A stretch of 64,000 nucleotides of DNA from Anaerolineae bacterium (GTDB taxonomy: Bacteria; Chloroflexota; Anaerolineae; Epilineales; JAHCIE01), in assembly GCA_046328505.1 (NCBI GenBank), contig JAXLWL010000005.1, positions 300,463-364,462 of the forward strand. The letters run 5' to 3'. Of this stretch, positions 57,443 to 64,000 are shown piece after piece. A program made the translations under genes and the position numbers. Each line of letters starts with the position of its first letter. Positions within the stretch are counted from its first letter, which is position 1. The notes below the pieces were generated by a model, which was not told the origin of the DNA, did not search any database, and worked only from the letters and a program-made list of their open reading frames with translations.

Positions 57443-58930
57443 CTAACTTATCGTCTCTTCATCAATAACAACGGTCTCAACGACGGGTTTCATTGTGTGC
57501 CACGGTGTGGCCTGCTCGTAAGCGTAGGCCGCGCGCAGAATGTTCGTCTCACCGAAGGGGCGTCCAATGATCTGGAGCCCGACCGGGAGGCCCTCGGAGA
57601 AGCCGCAGGGCACGGAAAGGCCGCACACCCCGGCCAGGTTCAGGGTCAGGGTAAAGACGTCGGCCAGGTACATCTGGAGCGGATCGTCGACCTTCGCGCC
57701 GATCGGCCACGCCACAAACGGTGACACCGGCGCGACGACCACGTCGTACCGCTCGAAGACGCGGTCGAAGTCCTGCTTGATGAGCGTGCGCACCTGCTGT
57801 GCCTTGCGGTAGTAGGCGTCGTAGTAGCCCGCCGACAGCGCATATGTGCCGAGCATGATGCGCCGCTTGACCTCCGGCCCGAAGCCTGCCTCGCGCGTGC
57901 GGCGGAGCAGGTCACTCACGTCCAGCGGGTTCTCGGCGGAGAGGCCGTAGCGGACGCCATCGTATCGGGCCAGGTTGGCCGACGCCTCAGCCGGCGCGAT
58001 CAGGTAGTAGGCGGGCAGGCCGTACTCGGTGTGGGGAAGATGGACTTCCTCCACCTCGGCGCCCATGCCTGCCAGCACGTTGATCGCGTCGCGTACCGCC
58101 TTCTCGACGCCCGGCTCCATGCCGTCCACAAAATACTCTTTCGGTACAGCAATGCGCATGCCGCGCACATCGCCGGTGAGCGCGGCGGTGTAGTCGGGAA
58201 CAGGAATATCGACAGAGGTTGAGTCAAGCGGGTCGTGGCCCGCCAGGACGCCCAGCACGAGGGCGGCATCGGTCACGTCCTTCGTCAGCGAGCCGATCTG
58301 GTCCAGGGACGAGCCGAAGGCAACCAGACCGTACCGCGAGACGCGCCCGTAGGTCGGCCGCAAACCGACGACGCCTGTGAGTGAGGCGGGCTGGCGAATA
58401 CTGCCGCCGGTGTCGGTGCCGATGCCGAAGAACGCCTCATCTGTGGCGACGGCCGCCGCCGAGCCGCCGCTGGAGCCACCCGGCACGCGTGTCAGGTCCC
58501 AGGGGTTGTGGGTCACGAAGAACGCCGAGTTTTCGGTGGACGAGCCCATGGCAAACTCGTCCATGTTGGTCTTGCCGAGCAGCACCGCCCCGGCGTCGCG
58601 CAGCCGGATGTACGCGGTGCCATCATAGGGAGGCACGAAGTTGTGCAGAATGCGCGAGCCGCACGTCGTCGTGATGCCTTCTGTCGCGATGATGTCCTTG
58701 AGAGCGTAGGGGATACCCAGGAGGGGGCCATTCTCGCCCGCGGCTCGCCGCGCGTCGGCCTGGCGCGCTTGCTCCAAGGCGACTTCCGGTGTCACAGAGA
58801 TGTAAGCTTTGACGGCGTTGTCGGTCGCGACAATTCGATCCAGCACGGCTTCGGTCAAGGCGACCGAAGTTGTCTCACCCGCCCGTAGGGCGGCCTGAGC
58901 AGCGTGGAGTGTCAGTGTGTACAAGCGCAA
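57443..58930 (-). CDS. gatA: Asp/Glu-tRNA amidotransferase subunit A
   Basis: [57 protein letters not shown] start at 58930 or 58924. Confidence 0.95.
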   Translation of the reverse strand: MRLYTLTLHAAQAALRAGETTSVALTEAVLDRIVATDNAVKAYISVTPEVALEQARQADARRAAGENGPLLGIPYALKDIIATEGITTTCGSRILHNFVPPYDGTAYIRLRDAGAVLLGKTNMDEFAMGSSTENSAFFVTHNPWDLTRVPGGSSGGSAAAVATDEAFFGIGTDTGGSIRQPASLTGVVGLRPTYGRVSRYGLVAFGSSLDQIGSLTKDVTDAALVLGVLAGHDPLDSTSVDIPVPDYTAALTGDVRGMRIAVPKEYFVDGMEPGVEKAVRDAINVLAGMGAEVEEVHLPHTEYGLPAYYLIAPAEASANLARYDGVRYGLSAENPLDVSDLLRRTREAGFGPEVKRRIMLGTYALSAGYYDAYYRKAQQVRTLIKQDFDRVFERYDVVVAPVSPFVAWPIGAKVDDPLQMYLADVFTLTLNLAGVCGLSVPCGFSEGLPVGLQIIGRPFGETNILRAAYAYEQATPWHTMKPVVETVVIDEETIS

Positions 58931-58957
58931 CTCCCCGGGAAACGAATCAGGAGAATA

Positions 58958-59245
58958 CTAGTCGAGGATTGCCGGTACCTGGAACTGGCCCTCTACCGCG
59001 TGCGGCGCGTTCGCCAGGACGTCTTCCCGCGGCAGAGAGGGTCGCGCGACGTCATCGCGCATCACGTTCTCCAGGGCGAGGACCGAAGCCGTCGGTGGAA
59101 TGGCGCTCGTATCGAGGCGCTGGAGCATCGCCGCGTAGTCCAAAATGGCGGAGAGCTGCTCGGCAAAGAGAATTTTCTCTTCTTCCGATAATCCCAGCTT
59201 CGCCAGTTCTGCGATATGCTCGACGGTCTGCTGATCCAGAGGCAT
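58958..59245 (-). CDS. gatC: Asp/Glu-tRNA amidotransferase subunit C
   Basis: VEHIAELAKL, QLSAILDY, NVMRDD, LANAP, FQVPAIL; AAGGAG SD. Confidence 0.93.
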   Translation of the reverse strand: MPLDQQTVEHIAELAKLGLSEEEKILFAEQLSAILDYAAMLQRLDTSAIPPTASVLALENVMRDDVARPSLPREDVLANAPHAVEGQFQVPAILD

Positions 59246-59262
59246 ACGAATCTCCTTGCCCT

Positions 59263-59291
59263 ATTATACCACGCCGGCCACGCAGGGCCAA
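59263..59291 (-). promoter_or_regulatory. Sigma70-type promoter of the gatC operon
   Basis: TTGGCC-N17-TATAAT with TG extension. Confidence 0.6.
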
Positions 59292-59323
59292 CTCGCTGTC
59301 ACTCCGAGTGTCGCAGAAGAACG

Positions 59324-59395
59324 ACCACGGAATACACAGAATACACGGAAAGGGCAGAGCCATCTTGTTTCCGTGTATTCTGTGTATTCCGTGGT
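59324..59395. repeat. Perfect 28-bp inverted repeat with internal direct repeats
   Basis: accacggaatacacagaatacacggaaa-N16-tttccgtgtattctgtgtattccgtggt. Confidence 0.85.
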
Positions 59396-59461
59396 TCCAA
59401 GAGCGCCAGGGTAGCGCTACAGCATAGCGCAGAGACTACGCTCGGTGTTCGTTCGCGGCCC

Positions 59462-61333
59462 CTATGGCCGCAGCACTAGCCGCAGCCAGCCGGCGAGCGT
59501 CTGCGCGACGCTATGATGGCTTGGGGTGGCCGTTTCGTAAATGCTCTGTAGCACGCTCTCCGAGCCAGGCTCTCTCGCGCCGGTCACGGGCAAGATCACG
59601 GGCGGCAGGCAGTAGGGGCCAACGAAGTCGATGACGAAGGGCTGGCTCTGCGGCGACAGGTACACCGTCTGGGTCACCGGCGTGTAGCCGGGCGCCGTGG
59701 CGGTAAGGGTGTAGTTGCCCGGGACGAGATTGCAGAGCGGGCCGAGCGTGAAGTAGCCGTTGCTGTCCGTGGTGACCGTAACGGGTGATATCAGGTTCTC
59801 AATGCTAATGACGGCGGTTATCGGGCCTGGGAAGCAAGATTGTGCCTGTCCCGTGACGAGCAGGCAGCCCGGCGATAGGGTCGGCGTCACAGTCGCGGTT
59901 CCCGCGGGCGTCGGCGTCTCCGTCACGGTCACGGCGAGTGTCGGTGTTTCTGTTGTACCGACGGTGGGCGTAGCCGTCGCCGGAGGGGTGATCGGCGGCG
60001 TGAAGTAGGGCGGGATTATAGTAAGTTCCGGCGAGGCGGTCACCGTCGGTGGTGGCGGCTCTGGATTTGACTTGGTGGTGGGTGTCGGCGTGGCCGTCGA
60101 AGTCGTCGTCGCAGATGACGTCGCGGTTGGCGTGTTCGTCGACGTCACGTGCACGAGTGTAGGGTTGACGGCTGTTTCCGTGCCTGTCGGAGTCGCGGTG
60201 GCCGTTGCCGTCGGCGTCATCGACGGTGTCGCAGTGTTGTTGGGCGTGGCTGTGTGAGAAGGCGTGCCCGTCGGCGTGGCGGTGTCGGTTGGTGTCGCAG
60301 TGTCGGTCGGCGTGGCCGTATCGGTTGGCGTGTTCGTCGGCGTTGAGGTATCGGTGGGCGTCTCAGTAGGCGTGGCGGTATCGGTTGGTGTAGGGGTGTC
60401 GGTCGGCGTTTCGGTTGGCGTTGCCGTCGGCGTGCTCGTCGCGGGCGTGCCGGTCGGCGTGGCCGTATCGGTCGCTGTGCTGGTCGGTGTCGGGGTGTCG
60501 GTGGGCGTTGCGGTCGGCGTGGGCGTGTCGGTAGGGGTGAGCGTCGGCGTGGCAGTGTCGCTCGGCGTGCCTGTCGGTGTGCGCGTCGAGGTGGCGGTCG
60601 ACGTGGGCGTGTTGGTGGGCGTGTCCGTCGGCGTATCCGTCGGTGTGCTCGTTACAGTGGAGGTCGCAACCGGGACTGCCGGCAGCGTAAAGAACTTCGT
60701 ACAGCACCAGCGGAAGACATCGGCCGAAACGTCAATCGTGTTGCCGCCTAGCAAGCCCCAGCCAGATGGGAAGGTGAACTTCAGCCGGTAGTCAGCCGGG
60801 GCTTCTAGCCCCAGAAACTCCCAGTTGCCGGCGGCGTCAGTTGTACGTTGGCCAACCGCCTGCTCCGACTGATCCGCCCCGACGATGTACAGGTCGACGA
60901 TGACGCCCGGCAGACCGGGCTCGCCAAAGTCCTGCCGTCCATTGTGGTTGAGGTCCTCCCAGACTGTGCCGGCGATACGTCCGTTGTTGCCGATGCAGCC
61001 CAGCGGCCCCGTGCCGGGGCAGGGCAGGATGGAGGGATCGATCGTAGCGGTGGCGACGGGGTCCAGCTTCTCGCGCTTGCTGGATTCCTTCTTGGGCGCG
61101 GCGTCCTTCTTCTCGACGAAGTCCTGGAGGCGCAGGCCGGGCGCGGGGAGGGAGCTGACATCGCCGCCCGAAGATTTGGTCGGCTCGGCTTTCGGAGCGC
61201 TGGCCAACCTCTTCGTGGGCTTCGCAGCCGGATTGGATTCCGGGTTTGCCGCCTGGGCGGCCGGCATGAAGGCAAGCGCGATCAGGAGACTTACTGCGGC
61301 GAACACAAAAGCGGCAACGGTCGCGGCCCGCAT
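59462..61333 (-). CDS. Secreted Thr/Pro-rich mucin-like protein with SdrD-B-like domain, beta-sandwich domain and LPxTG-like motif (copy 1)
   Basis: Signal peptide ending AAQA; [25 protein letters not shown]; long (TP) tract; [12 protein letters not shown]; ILPVTG. Confidence 0.8.
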   Translation of the reverse strand: MRAATVAAFVFAAVSLLIALAFMPAAQAANPESNPAAKPTKRLASAPKAEPTKSSGGDVSSLPAPGLRLQDFVEKKDAAPKKESSKREKLDPVATATIDPSILPCPGTGPLGCIGNNGRIAGTVWEDLNHNGRQDFGEPGLPGVIVDLYIVGADQSEQAVGQRTTDAAGNWEFLGLEAPADYRLKFTFPSGWGLLGGNTIDVSADVFRWCCTKFFTLPAVPVATSTVTSTPTDTPTDTPTNTPTSTATSTRTPTGTPSDTATPTLTPTDTPTPTATPTDTPTPTSTATDTATPTGTPATSTPTATPTETPTDTPTPTDTATPTETPTDTSTPTNTPTDTATPTDTATPTDTATPTGTPSHTATPNNTATPSMTPTATATATPTGTETAVNPTLVHVTSTNTPTATSSATTTSTATPTPTTKSNPEPPPPTVTASPELTIIPPYFTPPITPPATATPTVGTTETPTLAVTVTETPTPAGTATVTPTLSPGCLLVTGQAQSCFPGPITAVISIENLISPVTVTTDSNGYFTLGPLCNLVPGNYTLTATAPGYTPVTQTVYLSPQSQPFVIDFVGPYCLPPVILPVTGAREPGSESVLQSIYETATPSHHSVAQTLAGWLRLVLRP

Positions 61334-61442
61334 AGTACCCCTCCTGGTTGGACGACAAAACGCCCCGGTTCGGCGCTAAACCGATACCGTGATAAGGCGG
61401 CAGTGGCGGCGCGGGTGACGTGGCGTGGGGTGAGTGTTGTCC

Positions 61443-61471
61443 ATTATACAACGGGGGTGACGAGGCGTCAA
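61443..61471 (-). promoter_or_regulatory. Sigma70-type promoter of mucin-like copy 1
   Basis: TTGACG-N17-TATAAT with TG extension. Confidence 0.7.
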
Positions 61472-61552
61472 TGGGGGTAAAGGCAAAAAGGACGAGCGTG
61501 GCGCGGTTTGAGGCCGGCCACGCTCGTGGTCTACTGGTCTAGGCTATGGAAC

Positions 61553-63334
61553 TCACGGCTTGAACTGGACGTGCAGCCGCCACGCGCCGTCCTTAAGGTC
61601 GGGGACCGACTCCAGCCGGATGTCGAGGCGCTCTAGCCAGCCGGCGACGGTCTCCGCGACGGCATGATAGCCGTAGCTGATGCTCTCGTAGGCCGACTGG
61701 GTCAGGCTCTCGCCCGTGCCGGGCAGCGCGACGGACGTGTCGGGCGCACTGCCACCGGTGATCGGCAGGATGATCGGCGGCAAGCAGTACGGGCCGACGA
61801 AGTTGATGACGAAGGGCTGCGCCTGCGGCGACAGGTACACCGTCTGAGTGACCGGCGCGTAGCCGGGCGCTGTGGCTGTCAGCGTGTAGTTGCCCGGCAC
61901 AAGGTTACAGAATGGGCCCATCGTGAAGTAGCCATTATCGTCTGTCGTCACCGTGATCGGCGAGGTCAAGTTCTCGATGGTGATGACGGCCGTGATCGGC
62001 CCGGGGAGGCAGGATTCCGCCTGCCCAGTGATGACCACGCACTGCGGCGGCGCTGTTGGGACAGGCGTCTTCTCCGAGGGCGGCTTGTTGGTCGGCGTCG
62101 GCGTCGGCGTGTTGGTGACAATCTCCGGGATCGGTATCGTCGGCGTGTTGGTCGGCGTGTTGGTCGGCGTGTTGGTTGGCGTATTGGTCGGTGTGTTGGT
62201 CGGCGTATTCGTCGGTGTGTTGGTCGGCGTATTGGTCGGCGTATTCGTCGGCGTGTTGGTCGGCGTATTCGTCGGCGTGTTGGTCGGCGTATTCGTCGGC
62301 GTGTTGGTCGGTGTGTTGGTCGGTGTGTTGGTCGGTGGCACGGTAGCCGTCGGCGTTACCGTCCCGAACTCGCCGATGGGAAGCGTCTCAGTGGGCGTCG
62401 GCGTGATTGTGCTCGTCGGCGTATCAGTCGGCGTGCTGGTCGGCGTGTTCGTCGGCGTATCTGTGGGCGTCGACGTGGGTGTGTCCGTGGGTGTGTTCGT
62501 CGGTGTGTTCGTGTAGATGTTGGTCGGCGTATTCGTCGGCGTGTTGGTCGGTGTGTTGGTCGGTGTGTTGGTCGGCGTATTCGTCGGCGTGCTGGTCGAC
62601 GTGTTCGTCGGCACCGGCGTACTGGTGGGCGTGTCGGTGGGCGTGTCCGTCGGCGTTGGCGTGTTGACTTGAATCGCGGGCAGGGTGAAGAACTTCGTGC
62701 AGCACCAGCGGAACACTTCGGCGCTAATGTCAATCGTCGTGCCGGCCGGCGAGGACCAGCCCAAGGGATAAGTGAACTTCAGCCTGTAGTCAGCCGGGGC
62801 TTCCAGACCGAGGAACTCCCAGTTGCCGGCCGCGTCGGTCACGCGCTCACCGACGAACTGGTCCGGTTGGCCCGCGGTCACAATGTACAGGTCGATGATG
62901 ACGCCCGGTAGACCCGGCTCGCCAAAGTCCTGGCGGCTGTTGTGGTTGAGGTCCTCCCAGACGGTACCGGCGATACGTCCGTTGTTGCCGATGCAGCCCA
63001 GCGGCCCCGTGCCGGGGCAGGGCAGGATGGAGGGGTCAATCGTGGCGGTGGCGACAGGGTCCAGCTTCTCGCGCTTGCTGGATTCCTTCTTGGGCGCGGC
63101 GTCCTTCTTCTCGACGAAGTCCTGGAGGCGCAAACCGGGGGATGGCAGGGGCTTGACATCGCTATTGCCCGATGACTTGGTCGGCTGCGCAGCCGGGGCG
63201 CTGGACGGCCTCTTCGTAGCCTTGGCCGCCGGATTTGACTCCGGGTTCGCTGCCTGGGCAGCAGGTATGAAGGAAAGACCCACTAGAAGCCCTAGCAGGC
63301 ATAGAGCAACAACAACGGCGGTAGTCACACGCAT
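61553..63334 (-). CDS. Secreted Thr/Pro-rich mucin-like protein, tandem paralog (copy 2)
   Basis: Start MRVTTAVV at 63334 with GGAGG SD; same domains; ILPITG and ALPGTG motifs. Confidence 0.8.
   Translation of the reverse strand: MRVTTAVVVALCLLGLLVGLSFIPAAQAANPESNPAAKATKRPSSAPAAQPTKSSGNSDVKPLPSPGLRLQDFVEKKDAAPKKESSKREKLDPVATATIDPSILPCPGTGPLGCIGNNGRIAGTVWEDLNHNSRQDFGEPGLPGVIIDLYIVTAGQPDQFVGERVTDAAGNWEFLGLEAPADYRLKFTYPLGWSSPAGTTIDISAEVFRWCCTKFFTLPAIQVNTPTPTDTPTDTPTSTPVPTNTSTSTPTNTPTNTPTNTPTNTPTNTPTNIYTNTPTNTPTDTPTSTPTDTPTNTPTSTPTDTPTSTITPTPTETLPIGEFGTVTPTATVPPTNTPTNTPTNTPTNTPTNTPTNTPTNTPTNTPTNTPTNTPTNTPTNTPTNTPTNTPTNTPTNTPTIPIPEIVTNTPTPTPTNKPPSEKTPVPTAPPQCVVITGQAESCLPGPITAVITIENLTSPITVTTDDNGYFTMGPFCNLVPGNYTLTATAPGYAPVTQTVYLSPQAQPFVINFVGPYCLPPIILPITGGSAPDTSVALPGTGESLTQSAYESISYGYHAVAETVAGWLERLDIRLESVPDLKDGAWRLHVQFKP
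62140..62335 (-). repeat. 12-bp coding tandem repeat, about 16 copies encoding TNTP
   Basis: gtcggcgtgttg-type units; more degenerate units at about 62400-62660 and 60240-60660. Confidence 0.9.
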
Positions 63335-63505
63335 ATAGCCCCTCCCTTGATGCTTAACAAGTACTCTTGGGCCAGCGTCGAGAACGTTGGGGGGCAACGG
63401 CCCAGACGGGCGCGGGCTGTTACGCAGCCCCGCGCTGATTTTATATTAATGTTGATAACGACGCAACTCCGTAGTTGTCGCGCAAAAAGCGTGAAATACA
63501 AGAAA

Positions 63506-63539
63506 AATTCACGCCCTTTCACAGAAGGACGTGAATTCT
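63506..63539. terminator. Hairpin downstream of the 2-hydroxyacid dehydrogenase gene
   Basis: aattcacg-ccctttcacagaagga-cgtgaatt imperfect stem. Confidence 0.45.
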
Positions 63540-63586
63540 CTTTGCGAGATACGCGCAATGTGTACCAGCTAACGCAAATGCGTGCC

Positions 63587-64000
63587 CTAGCGGTTGTACA
63601 CCTCTGGGTTGACGCAGGTAGGCAGGCGTTCCCCCTTCAGCCCCGCCAGCAGGTTGTCGGCCGCCATGGTGGACATAAGGCTGCGAGTCTTGAAGCTGGC
63701 GCTGGCGATGTGGGGGACGATGAGGCAGTTGGGCAGGCTCAGGAGCGGGTCGTCCATCGGAATCGGCTCAGGATCGGTGACATCGAGCGCCGCGTAGGCA
63801 ATCTCGCCATCGCGGAGCGCCTCGTACAGAGCCTTGGGATCGACGACGGGGCCGCGCGACGTGTTGATGACGATGGCGCTTGGCTTCATCTGCTTGAACC
63901 GCTCCGTCGAGAACATGCGCCGGGTCTCAGGCATCAATGGTACGTGGATAGTGACGAAGTCAGACTGGGCGAGGAGCTCCTCGAGGCTCACCTTCTGTGC
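63587..64000 (-). CDS. D-2-hydroxyacid dehydrogenase (glyoxylate/hydroxypyruvate reductase-like), 3' part only
   Basis: SDFVTIHVPL, MKPSAIVINTSRG, AALDVTDPEP, PHIASAS; the gene continues beyond the right edge. Confidence 0.9.
   Translation of the reverse strand, partial: AQKVSLEELLAQSDFVTIHVPLMPETRRMFSTERFKQMKPSAIVINTSRGPVVDPKALYEALRDGEIAYAALDVTDPEPIPMDDPLLSLPNCLIVPHIASASFKTRSLMSTMAADNLLAGLKGERLPTCVNPEVYNR

Noticed and set aside
60240-62660. Regular repeats as a CRISPR array or DGR-type repeat
   Set aside because: The units are 6-12 bp, in frame, encode Thr/Pro tracts and have no unique spacers; no cas or reverse transcriptase gene is present.

Overview
GC-rich bacterial chromosomal window. 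It is most likely from a Chloroflexota (Anaerolineae-like) genome or MAG, inferred from GT-C proteins with C-terminal Ig-like repeats, F420-dependent split-barrel enzymes, an AAA+winged-helix regulator and Thr/Pro-rich secreted proteins. About 50 genes are supportable. Housekeeping genes: thrS (T-box leader, internal frameshift), gatC-gatA...gatB, rlmD, gdh, xerD-punA, clpS-clpA. Redox and catabolic genes: VOC dioxygenase, FMO, amidase, Fe-ADH, AcoX-like kinase. Ion homeostasis: crcB with a DUF190-CBS fusion, and two KimA-like K+ transporters each followed by an unknown 89-aa membrane protein. Also a HEPN/MNT toxin-antitoxin locus with an extra orphan MNT. There are three local tandem duplications: large secreted S8 proteases, KimA+small-protein modules, and mucin-like LPxTG-type proteins. 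I found no CRISPR array, tRNA, rRNA, prophage or transposase. The window is dense in several REP-like palindrome families (CGTC-type doublets, GTAG-type, CCCTCTCCC-type). Some are nested in one another, and some lie inside a T-box leader or in frame within genes. Several genes are missing from or mis-started in the ORF track, including a left-edge protein with an effector-associated-domain-like N-terminus, a 69-aa zinc-ribbon protein and a 52-aa membrane protein. The two large protease genes share an identically positioned TTGTC-N8-GACAA site. All family assignments come from motif recognition without database searches.
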